A stretch of 64,000 nt of DNA from a virus, in the IMG/VR virus record IMGVR_UViG_3300045988_174111, positions 1 to 64,000 of that record; one strand, written 5' to 3'. Within the stretch, counting starts at the first letter, position 1. Every line of letters starts with the position of its first letter. Positions 40,367 to 49,800 of this stretch are shown in pieces. Under the pieces are notes generated by a model. It was given only the letters and a program-made list of their open reading frames with translations. It was not told where the DNA came from and ran no database searches. The translations under genes and the position numbers were made by a program.

Positions 40367-42367
40367 CTATTCTATATAACTGTAACCGTTTTCCTTCACA
40401 ACGGTGAGAGTGGTTACACCAGCACGAATATTCATGACGTGGCTGATTACATACACAGGATGATGAACATCGCTCATTGACTCAAGTAGAAGAGCCAAGC
40501 CCAACGGGTCTGTCCCCTCAAGAACCTCATCAATCATTAGGAAGTGAAGTCCTCCCCATTGGTTCGTTCCGTTAATCATTTCCTGAAATGCTTGTATCAA
40601 AGCCATTTCAATTCTTGCTCTCTCACCTCCGCTAAACGACCAGAATGATTTATATTCGCCCTCGCCATTGATGACCGATACAGTTATCTCCTCTTTGATT
40701 TTCCCTTTCGCATTACGTTTGAACCCGTCTATTGATAGGCGAAGTTCTGAACGCTGCTTCTGTAAGGACATATTCGCGAAGTTCTGAATTATCCGTAACT
40801 GCTCACAGGCGAGGCTCATCTTGAACTCCTTGAAACGCAATCCCCACTGTACCATGTCTGATACCTGTTTCTCGCACTCTCCGTATTCCTTGTTTGCCTT
40901 TTCGAGTTTCTTTTTCGTCAGGGCAACAAGACCTTCCAGTTCGGCTTCCTTGGTTTCCATTTCAGCCTGTTCAGCCTTTTCAAGATGTTCAACCAACTGT
41001 TCGCTCTCACTGTTACAACGTGATTGAATCCCTTCTTGATGCTTGATATCTTCTTGGTAGGAGGATATCATTTGGTTGCTTCGGGTTATCTCCCCACGGA
41101 TTTTTGTTATCTCCGCTTGAACCTCACGAATGGCTCTAACTGTACCCTGTTCCTGAACACGTATCTTCATGAACTTGTCGTCGTACTTCTTCACTCGTTC
41201 CTCGAATGAGTTAAGTTCTTCCAACGCTGTTTTCGCAAGGTTTTCCTGGGTCTCGGCTTCCTTCTTCTGGCTTTCAATTTTCTTCCGAGTAGTAGGAACA
41301 TCAACCGTTTCATCTGATGTCACGAACTCCGTTCCACACTTCGGACACTTTACAGTTCCTTTCAAGATAGCCGTGAGGCGGTTGGCTTCGGCAGTGTACT
41401 GTGAGGACAGTTCCTGTGCTGCTTTACGCTTCTTCCTCGCTGCCTCTACCTTTGTATCGGTCGAAGAACGTTCTTTCGTTAGAGAGTCATATTGAGCCTT
41501 ATAGTCAATCGCTTCTAATCCCTCTAACTTCTTAGAGGCTTCAGCGACTTTCTTCTGGTTGTCCTTGATACTCTGTTCAGCCAACTTGATAGCCGTCCGG
41601 GAATTCTCAATCTTCTTTTCCGCTCCGTCGTACTCCTGTATGACAGCGTCAATTCGTTCGTTTATACGCTCTATAAGCGATTGTCGTTCCTCCTCAAGAT
41701 TACGTTCTCGCTCCTCAGCCAACTGTGTCTCATAGACGCCCAATTCACCCTCTATCTTCTGAACCTTTCCCAAGGCAACAGCCTTCTTCTCTTCCAACGG
41801 CTTAATCTTCTCTTTGATTACGCTGTCAGAGTCGTCTAACTGTTCAGCCTTAATGAAGCGGTTTATCAACGACAGTTTGTCGGAGTTGGATGACGAAACG
41901 AATGACTTGAAATTCTCCTTGTTAAGGATATAAAAACTCTTCAGGTCTTCCGAGGATATACCTATCCAGTTCAAGATGTAAGCGTTTCCGTCATTGACGG
42001 TTGCTACCTGTACCGAACCCTCTTCCTCATTAATCATGAGTTCCAATGACGCTGAACCTTTCTGTCTCAGGGTTCTATGTATATTCAGCGTTTCTTTCCG
42101 TATCGGGCAGTAGATGTCAAGCCAGATGTCCGCCTCTTCTTCACCCCACAGGATTAAGTCCCTGTCAAGTGTTTGTTTCTTGAGCGAGTTAGCAAGGATT
42201 GCATACGCAATCCCTGCTTCCATCGTACTCTTCCCTGCTCCGTTCGTTTCCTTTGACTCTATCTCCGTCAGGTTCTTTCCCTTGATTAAGACAGGCTCAT
42301 TCACGAACTTATGTTTCAGTTCCTTGAATGACAGGAAATTCTTCAAACGCAAATAGGTGAGTTCCAT
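40367..42367 (-). CDS. sbcC: SbcC/Rad50-like SMC ATPase
   Basis: Walker A NGAGKST. Long coiled coil with CPKCG zinc hook. Signature FSGGERARIEMAL. Walker B LMIDEV. Confidence 0.85.
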   Translation of the reverse strand: MELTYLRLKNFLSFKELKHKFVNEPVLIKGKNLTEIESKETNGAGKSTMEAGIAYAILANSLKKQTLDRDLILWGEEEADIWLDIYCPIRKETLNIHRTLRQKGSASLELMINEEEGSVQVATVNDGNAYILNWIGISSEDLKSFYILNKENFKSFVSSSNSDKLSLINRFIKAEQLDDSDSVIKEKIKPLEEKKAVALGKVQKIEGELGVYETQLAEERERNLEEERQSLIERINERIDAVIQEYDGAEKKIENSRTAIKLAEQSIKDNQKKVAEASKKLEGLEAIDYKAQYDSLTKERSSTDTKVEAARKKRKAAQELSSQYTAEANRLTAILKGTVKCPKCGTEFVTSDETVDVPTTRKKIESQKKEAETQENLAKTALEELNSFEERVKKYDDKFMKIRVQEQGTVRAIREVQAEITKIRGEITRSNQMISSYQEDIKHQEGIQSRCNSESEQLVEHLEKAEQAEMETKEAELEGLVALTKKKLEKANKEYGECEKQVSDMVQWGLRFKEFKMSLACEQLRIIQNFANMSLQKQRSELRLSIDGFKRNAKGKIKEEITVSVINGEGEYKSFWSFSGGERARIEMALIQAFQEMINGTNQWGGLHFLMIDEVLEGTDPLGLALLLESMSDVHHPVYVISHVMNIRAGVTTLTVVKENGYSYIE

Positions 42368-42368
42368 A

Positions 42369-43331
42369 CTAAATTGTTTTCATGATTTGTTCTTCGATTT
42401 CTTCCGCAAGGTCAATGTCGCTTGAGATTATCTCACGAGCCTTTTCTTGACCCTGTGCCAGCGTCTTTCCTTTGTATTTAAAGAACGAGCCAGCCTTTTC
42501 AATGATTCCCCGTTCAACTCCTACGAGTAACAGTTCCGAAGCCTTATCAATTCCCTCACCGAAGCGAATGTCGAACTCGGCTTTCCTGAACGGAGGCGCA
42601 ACCTTATTCTTCTCAACTTTCACCTTGATGTGGTTAGCGGTTTCTTCGCCACGGTCTCCAACTGTACCCGACTTCGCAATGTCCAACACCTGCGAAGAGT
42701 AGAAGCCAAGAGCCTTTCCTCCTGGAGTAGTCTTCGGTGAACCGTACACCACGCCAATCTTGTCACGATACTGATTGATGAAGATTACCAACTGTTGGTT
42801 CAGTTTAATGTCACCAATCAATCCGGGAAGCCACGTAGCCATAAGCCGAGCCAGCACGCCCATCTTAGCATCACCCACATCGGCTTCCAAATAACATTTA
42901 GGGAACATTGCCGCCACCGAGTCCATCACGATTGCTCCGATTGCTTTCGACTTAACAGCCTCTCTCATGATTTCGAAACATTCTTCCGCAACTCCTGGTT
43001 GGCACAGAATAAACATCTCCGGAGATATGTTCACCCCCAGTGCTTCTACATAATCCATGTCAATTGCGTTCTCACGGTCTATGTAGAGAACCGCTTTGCC
43101 CGTCTGTTCCTGTATGTTCTTACAGGCTGTCAGAGCCAACGTAGTCTTTCCTGAAGACTCGTAGCCACGCAATTCAATGATACGACCCATCGCATAACCG
43201 CCACCAAGTGCCAAGTCGAGCGACAGGCTTCCTGACGATACGAACTCTACTCCTTGAGTATTGTTTCCCGCCACAACTTCTTTGCCGAACTTCTTTTGTA
43301 GGGAGTTCACCAAATCTTCTACTCCTGCCAT
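42369..43331 (-). CDS. recA: RecA recombinase
   Basis: SGSLSLDLALGGGYAMGRIIELRGYESSGKTTLAL, VMDSVAAM, NQYRDKIGVVYGSPKTTPGGKALGFY. Confidence 0.9.
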   Translation of the reverse strand: MAGVEDLVNSLQKKFGKEVVAGNNTQGVEFVSSGSLSLDLALGGGYAMGRIIELRGYESSGKTTLALTACKNIQEQTGKAVLYIDRENAIDMDYVEALGVNISPEMFILCQPGVAEECFEIMREAVKSKAIGAIVMDSVAAMFPKCYLEADVGDAKMGVLARLMATWLPGLIGDIKLNQQLVIFINQYRDKIGVVYGSPKTTPGGKALGFYSSQVLDIAKSGTVGDRGEETANHIKVKVEKNKVAPPFRKAEFDIRFGEGIDKASELLLVGVERGIIEKAGSFFKYKGKTLAQGQEKAREIISSDIDLAEEIEEQIMKTI

Positions 43332-44353
43332 TGCATTACTTCTTTTAATAGTTTATATCCTTCATCATATTCGTAGCCTTTTTCATCGCAAAATGCTTTG
43401 AACTTTTCGGCTATATCTGTTCCGGACAGTTCCTGAACCACTTCGGCTTCCTCAGCCTCCGTGACTTCAACGTCCGTGTACTTTGCTTTCACCGAGATAC
43501 CGTGTTCGGTGAAGACTTTTTTGTTGACAGCCTTAACAGCCTGTTGGTCTCCCACAAGCGTTATCCGAACGTTGATGCCATCTGTGTTCGTTTTAGCGAG
43601 TTTTAATATCTCTTCCTTTGAGGTCTTAAGGACATCAACTTTTATTTCCTTATACGGAACGAATTGAGCCTTTACGAACTCGAAGGACGTATCGCTGTAC
43701 AATACCGTAAATCCCTTCTCCTCATCTTCCCCGAAGTTATTCTGACGGGTACTCGGTAGGTGAAACACGTTGGCTCCTGGTTGCTGAGCGTCATGATAGT
43801 GTCCCAGCATGACCTTTCCGTACTTCGAGAACAGTTTCAACGGAATCTTGTTATTCACGACCTTCCCATCATTATTGATAGAACCCTGTACGGCTGTATG
43901 GCTGAACAGGATTGATATCTTACTCTTCGGAGTAGGTAGTTCAGCGAACTTCTCCAACCATACGTCTTGTGCGTAGAATGGTAAGAAGTGGCATTCAACC
44001 CCTTTCAGGTCTATACACGTAGGAACTTCAAAAAGATTGAAGCCTGGATGATATTTATATGATGTCAAAAAACTTTCGTCAGACTCATAATCAGTTTTAT
44101 CGTGATTCCCAGGAATACAAATCAAAGTAATTTCATTTTCATTGTACAATTCTATCATTTCCGTCAAACACGAAAGAAGTTCCTGTCTTTGACTTAATCT
44201 CGAATCAAATATATCCCCCAGCCATATCACAATGTCAACGCCTTTTTCTTTTGCCAAAGCTATTTCCTGCTCGGCAATATTCATAAGCTCAACTGCATTT
44301 GATTCTTGTAAATGCTTATCCGTACTTATTATTGCGATAGGTTCTTTTCCCAT
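43319..44353 (-). CDS. sbcD: SbcD/Mre11-like nuclease
   Basis: Calcineurin-like motifs STDKH, LGDIFD, GNHD, GHYH. Start taken at MGKEPIAII (ATG 44351-44353), because the track extension covers the upstream terminator hairpin. Confidence 0.8.
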   Translation of the reverse strand: MGKEPIAIISTDKHLQESNAVELMNIAEQEIALAKEKGVDIVIWLGDIFDSRLSQRQELLSCLTEMIELYNENEITLICIPGNHDKTDYESDESFLTSYKYHPGFNLFEVPTCIDLKGVECHFLPFYAQDVWLEKFAELPTPKSKISILFSHTAVQGSINNDGKVVNNKIPLKLFSKYGKVMLGHYHDAQQPGANVFHLPSTRQNNFGEDEEKGFTVLYSDTSFEFVKAQFVPYKEIKVDVLKTSKEEILKLAKTNTDGINVRITLVGDQQAVKAVNKKVFTEHGISVKAKYTDVEVTEAEEAEVVQELSGTDIAEKFKAFCDEKGYEYDEGYKLLKEVMQWQE

Positions 44354-44372
44354 AATCGACTTTTTAATTGAA

Positions 44373-44396
44373 AGCCCAGACACACGTGTCTGGGCT
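44373..44396 (-). terminator. Hairpin terminator after 44409..45821
   Basis: AGCCCAGACAC/GTGTCTGGGCT is a near-perfect 24-nt palindrome. Confidence 0.6.
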
Positions 44397-44408
44397 CATA
44401 TTCAATTA

Positions 44409-45821
44409 TTAATTTGCTTTTTTCTTGTTTCGCATTTCGCGAATACGTTCAATTGCACTTTTGCCTGAAGAGCTTCCCGCATCACTAGGGGGATTTACAC
44501 CCGCAGGAGCTTCTGGTTCAGGCTCTGGCTCTGGGTCTGGGTCATCATCCGTTGTTCCTTCGGCCTCTTCGTCGACACCATCCCATCCAGGAACGTGTTC
44601 AATATCATAGCCAAGGTCTTCATGTTTTAAAGCCAACTGGTAAGCTTCTTCAAGCTCTTCGCCCTCAAGTTCCAAAGCTTCATAGCCATCTCCATACTGA
44701 CGAATAAATTCTTCATTGACCACTTTCAATTTGTCTTCCGGAGTAGGTTCAGCAGCCTTTTTCTTTGTTACAGCCTTTTTCGCCGGAGTCTTGGCAGCTG
44801 GCATAGGTTTTCTAGCAGCTTGCGGTTCCGGAGCTTTTTCTTCTTCCTTGTTCGGGTCAAAAGGTAAATCATCATCCCCAGACGGTGAATCACCTGCTTT
44901 CTCTTCTACCATACCTTGAAGTTCTTCAACCATGTCGAGGAAATCATCCTGTGCGAAAATCTTGTAGGAGTTTGCATCATCAAAACGCTTCAGACCGTCA
45001 AGGGCGAGGTCAAAATCGCGTTTTGTGTACGAATTAACATACAGTTTTTGAAGACTGGGCAAACCTTCCAATTCTTCAAGAATTTTATCAGGTACAGCAT
45101 TTTTTTCAAAATAGTCATCCCAAGTCTGGCCCATTTTCAATGGCAACGACTTAATAGTTTCAACAGTCTTGTTATTGTCGTCTTTTCCGCGACTCCATTG
45201 AATAGGGAAGCCCGTTGTCGGGTCGGAAAACATATCAATCGCTGCAGTATCGTTTTGGGCACACAAATCAGCAGACTCCTTATTCAAGGCTTCCATCTGT
45301 TTTGGTTTCAGGCTGTCACGCCAAATCTTACCCTCAATCAGCGCATAATATACATATTCCAACTGGGGGCGAATTCCTGGAACCCAAGTTCCGTTTTTCC
45401 CACCCATACGATACCCCGTGATAGGATTCAGGAATCGAGCACGTTCATCTTTGTCCTGGATTTGTTCCGCCTGTTCATATACTCTCTTGATGTACTCTTC
45501 GATGATATCGAACGGATAACCGCCATGAAGCGTCGCAAGGAAAATTTTCTTATTAGCAATTTTCTTCCCAGTTACTTTTCCGTCCTTGTCCTTTTCATCG
45601 ACTTCGCATTTCAGCATAGCTGTCAGCATAGGAACATACGGACTATCTCCTGGCTCATGTGCCGGAAGAACACGCTTAATGGTGATACCGTCTTTCTGTT
45701 TCCAAAACTGAGCATAGTCCCCTTTTTGACCATAATAAGTGTCATACTGTTTAGTTTGCTGAACTGTGTCGCTTACTGTAGAAAGTGGCGCGGCTTTCCA
45801 TTTACTTCTGTCTAATGCCAT
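44409..45821 (-). CDS. Hypothetical protein with P/A/K-rich linker and acidic PE-repeat tail (possible ssDNA-binding role)
   Basis: 470-aa ORF. C-terminus DDDPDPEPEPEPEAPAG plus a basic end. Lies between the recombination genes and the replisome. The SSB idea rests on context only. Confidence 0.6.
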   Translation of the reverse strand: MALDRSKWKAAPLSTVSDTVQQTKQYDTYYGQKGDYAQFWKQKDGITIKRVLPAHEPGDSPYVPMLTAMLKCEVDEKDKDGKVTGKKIANKKIFLATLHGGYPFDIIEEYIKRVYEQAEQIQDKDERARFLNPITGYRMGGKNGTWVPGIRPQLEYVYYALIEGKIWRDSLKPKQMEALNKESADLCAQNDTAAIDMFSDPTTGFPIQWSRGKDDNNKTVETIKSLPLKMGQTWDDYFEKNAVPDKILEELEGLPSLQKLYVNSYTKRDFDLALDGLKRFDDANSYKIFAQDDFLDMVEELQGMVEEKAGDSPSGDDDLPFDPNKEEEKAPEPQAARKPMPAAKTPAKKAVTKKKAAEPTPEDKLKVVNEEFIRQYGDGYEALELEGEELEEAYQLALKHEDLGYDIEHVPGWDGVDEEAEGTTDDDPDPEPEPEPEAPAGVNPPSDAGSSSGKSAIERIREMRNKKKAN

Positions 45822-45845
45822 AAAATTAAAATTTAAAATTATAAA

Positions 45846-46172
45846 TTATTTTGTTGATTTTATTATCCTTGAAACACTTTCAAGGAATTCATTCTCATAA
45901 GTCTTAATAGATTCCATCAATTCAATGATGTCTTCAGCATCCTGACCAGCTATTTTATGAGCAATTAGCTGTAAGGCTCTCGGGAGCGAGCACCCATAAG
46001 CCATATCATCCATCTTTCCATTTGGGTGCCTAGTACTCTCAGATTTTTTAAGTTGATAGACATCATAACTTGACGCATGACTTTCAACGGGTTTTATGTA
46101 AAATTCTTCCGTTACTTTAATATAACCTTTAAATTCTTCCTCTGCACTCAAATAAGCTTGTTTCTTTGACAT
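45846..46172 (-). CDS. Hypothetical protein
   Basis: 108-aa ORF with a consensus promoter. Confidence 0.55.
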   Translation of the reverse strand: MSKKQAYLSAEEEFKGYIKVTEEFYIKPVESHASSYDVYQLKKSESTRHPNGKMDDMAYGCSLPRALQLIAHKIAGQDAEDIIELMESIKTYENEFLESVSRIIKSTK

Positions 46173-46208
46173 AATTTCGATTATTAAATTAGACTTAATT
46201 TTTACGCT

Positions 46209-46239
46209 ACAAAGGTATTGGAAAAATTCGAATTTACAA
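46209..46239 (-). promoter_or_regulatory. Bacteroidota-type promoter (TTTG-N19-TACCTTTG)
   Basis: -7 at 46209-46216, -33 at 46236-46239. Confidence 0.7.
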
Positions 46240-46262
46240 AGAAATCAACCGATTTTTCTTCA

Positions 46263-46793
46263 TTAAAATCCAACTTTCTTTATAAAGAAAGAATTCACAC
46301 TACCTTCGACAAGCTCATTCAGGAATTCAGTAGGAGTGACGGGCTTCAGCAGATTATTCAATTTCTTTGACTTGTCCTGAACCGCCCATTGAAGTGCATC
46401 TAATACACTGAAATTCTTTTGTGCCTCAATGTATTCTATACACAGTTCTTGATATTTCTCATCAAGCAAAAGAGCTTCATCCAAAGCCTTTTCAGAAAGT
46501 TTTATTTCTTCATCTTCAATTGTAAATTTGCCTCCATTTCGGTTCGCTTCTCTTCGCCATTCCTTTTTTGTTTGAGCCTCATACACATCCTTTTCTAATT
46601 TACATTCAGATACTTTCTTTTCGGCCTCGGCTCTAAGTAGCCCTACTTTATTAAGAAGGGCACTAACTGTAACCGCCTCTCCATATAAGTTACTGTAATC
46701 AATTGACGTCAGTCTATCAATGTCAACGCTATCTTCGAACCCATTAGTAACCAAAGTTACAGGGGTCTCGTTAAAATGTACCAATATATCCAT
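46263..46793 (-). CDS. Hypothetical protein
   Basis: 176-aa ORF downstream of dnaE. Confidence 0.6.
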   Translation of the reverse strand: MDILVHFNETPVTLVTNGFEDSVDIDRLTSIDYSNLYGEAVTVSALLNKVGLLRAEAEKKVSECKLEKDVYEAQTKKEWRREANRNGGKFTIEDEEIKLSEKALDEALLLDEKYQELCIEYIEAQKNFSVLDALQWAVQDKSKKLNNLLKPVTPTEFLNELVEGSVNSFFIKKVGF

Positions 46794-46815
46794 TGTTTTA
46801 TTCCTTTATTCGTAA

Positions 46816-49800
46816 TTATAACGTCAAAGTCACTATATTCGTTTCGAAATTCGCTCTTAAAATATTTGAATCCTTACGATTATCGTATGACAAACAACCA
46901 TTTATAATAATTAAGTTCGAGCGGCTTCCCTCTAAAAGAGATGCCAATTGCTCATATTCCTGTTGAAATATAATGACTTCTAAGAATTCGTAATTTGCCT
47001 CTAAAATCAATCTGCACATAGTGTCACCTTTCCGAGTCTTTTTAATTTCCATATCGGAAACATAACCCGACACAACGACATATCCATTGTTAGGGCGGGA
47101 ATCCGTATCATTACAGTCTTCTACATTCGCAAATTCATAGGCATCCGGGAATTCTGACTTGAATCTTTCAAAGATTTGTTGATAGTCAAAGAAGGCCAAT
47201 CCTGAAACTTGTTTTTGTAGCAAAGCCCACCACCAAGAATCATTTGCGTGTAAATCCGCTCCTGACAGTACAGGGTCGTCGTCTTTTACTTCTGCTTTAA
47301 CCCCTACTAAAAAGTCAACAAGCAAATCAATTCGCTTAGAAATATCAGTAATGCCTTCTAATTTGTCAAATGCCCCTGCCAAAATTAAATTTCGAATAAT
47401 TCTATTATTCACAGCAGAACCTTTCCATTTGTGCCTTGTAATAAAATCATTCAAAGACCAATACTGGCCATTTTCTTTGCGTTCCTTAATAATTTGAGTC
47501 GCGGCTTTTTCTGCGACTTGTTTTACCCCAGTAATTGACCAATATAACGCCTTTTCTTCGAAATTAATCACTACGTCAACATCGGAAACATTAATGTCAA
47601 CTGGGCGAACTGTGCAAACGCCTGTCTTATTTATTTCTGCAATGTATCTTGAGTAATCTGTGTCCAAAGCATATTTAAACGCAACTGACCAATACTCAAT
47701 AGGATAGTGAACCTTTATCCATTGTGAAATATAGCCTGTAATCGCATAGGCAGCAGCGTGGCTTCGGTTGAACAGGTACGTCGAAGCCTTATCAATAGCG
47801 TCCCACACCTTTTCAGAGTATTCCTGGGTGACGTTATAGTTGTCCCGATAGTAAGGGATAAACCGTTCTTTATACTGCTGGAGAGCCTCGTATTTCTTCT
47901 TTACCATCGCTTTACGAACATCATCGGCTTCCACCAATGACAGCCCACCCAACTCACGACAAAGTTGCATGATTTGTTCTTGGTAGCAATTATGGACAAT
48001 TATTCCTCCAACTGTGAAACTATGAATATTTTCGACAGAGATATCATAGACCACCCTCTCCTCATCGTGTACAACTTCCTTCACCCTCCCCCACATATAA
48101 TTCGTAGGAGATTTTCTTGAAATTTTCTTTTTAGAAAGCATTCGATACGGTAAACAATAAAACAAATCTTTCCAAGAAACTGTCAATTTATTCAATCGGG
48201 GGAAAATAGAAGAATGAATCTGATAAGACTGTAAAGCAAAATATATGTCCTCAAGAAGAGAATTATTGCACATCTTCAAAGTATCATTTTTCAGGCACCC
48301 ATCGCCCTCTAATACCCCAGCAATCATATCCAAAGAATAATTACTTGGCAACCTTTTTTCATAGCAATTCTTCAGATAAAGTCCATATTTTTTCAAAAGA
48401 CTATTAAATTTGTTTTCTTGATAATTTTTACTAAAAAATCCATTCGATTTTCCTGAAACAGCTTTAACAGTCACTCTGATAGATTTACCAACATTTCCAG
48501 ATTTTTTCACCTGTGAACGTTCTTTTATTGTAACCTCAAAATCAGAATCTAATTCAAGTAACAATTCCCTTAATCTATTTGCAATTTCAAGATTTGAAAC
48601 TGTAAAATATGGAGAAGAATGCGTCGAAGTTCCTTCCGCAATAAAATACCCAATTAACCAATGCTCAAGTTTTTCCCTCTCCGTCAAGGAGTCAATTCTT
48701 ACAGGCTTTTCAAACCAACATTTTAGTTCATCATTTTTAACAAGATTCTGAGCCTCCACCCATCCACGTTTTGTTAAAATTTTATGGTCTGGAGTACAAA
48801 CAAGTTCCCTCCCAAAGTTAGAACGGACTCTAACTGTTTTCTTAACTCCATTATTTTTTAATAACAAAACTTTCTGAAAAGACCCGTCTTCAGTTTTAAC
48901 CATATCCCCAGGAATAATATCCTGGATTTTCTTAATTCCATTAAGAGTCAAAACTTCAGAATTTTCCGCAATACAGAAAACCCCATAAGTGTTATTAAGA
49001 ATCGATTCCGTTCCAACGAAATATTCTATCTCTTTCTTTCCTTCTTTTCTGACCACAAACTCATTGTGGAAGTTGTTCTCCATTGCTCCCGGACGATACA
49101 AAGAAATCGCTGCAATAAGGTCTTCAATATTATCAGGTTTCATTTGCTTACAATACCCTGTCAGCCCAGAACTTCCGAAGTGAAAATTATCTTCATTCCA
49201 CCCATTCTTAAAGTATCGATATACCTCCTTGTCATCCAAAGGAATACTGAAAATATCCAAGTCCACACCTTCGTGTTCCTTAACTAAACGAACCATATCT
49301 TGGAATTTGTCAAACTGTTTCACTCCAAGAACGTCTTCCTTTAGGAAACCTGCAGCATCCATTTCACCGCCTTCCCATTCAGTCACATATTCATCACCGC
49401 TCTTTCGAATAGGAACCCACCTAAACATGTCATTTTCATCCGGGAATACCATCATTGCACAAGCATGTATTGACTGAGCTTTAGGCGCAGGCATAATAAG
49501 CATTACTTCATTGATAAGGTCTGGGTGGCTCTTAACAAAATTCTTCACTTTCGAATTGGCACATGCAATTTTGAATAAATCTTCAGGTTTTCTGTCTTTA
49601 ACATCAAAAGCCTTCATCATCTCATTCGTAGACTGGAAATCTAGCCCATAAACTCTGGCCATATCCTTAATCGCAGCTCTTAGCTGAAGAGCACTATATG
49701 TTCCGACTGAACAAACCTGATTCCACCCGTATCGTTCTTCCATGTATTTCTTGACACGAGGACGGTCTTCCCCAGGATAGTCACAGTCAATATCAGGAAG

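Noticed and set aside
44916-45815. 299-aa plus-strand ORF (also 25080..25436, 26876..27575, 33405..33689, 35260..35670, 42795..43154 and other plus-strand ORFs inside large minus-strand genes)
   Set aside because: These are antisense shadow ORFs lying entirely within well-supported minus-strand genes. Their sequences are low-complexity or hydrophobic with no motifs.
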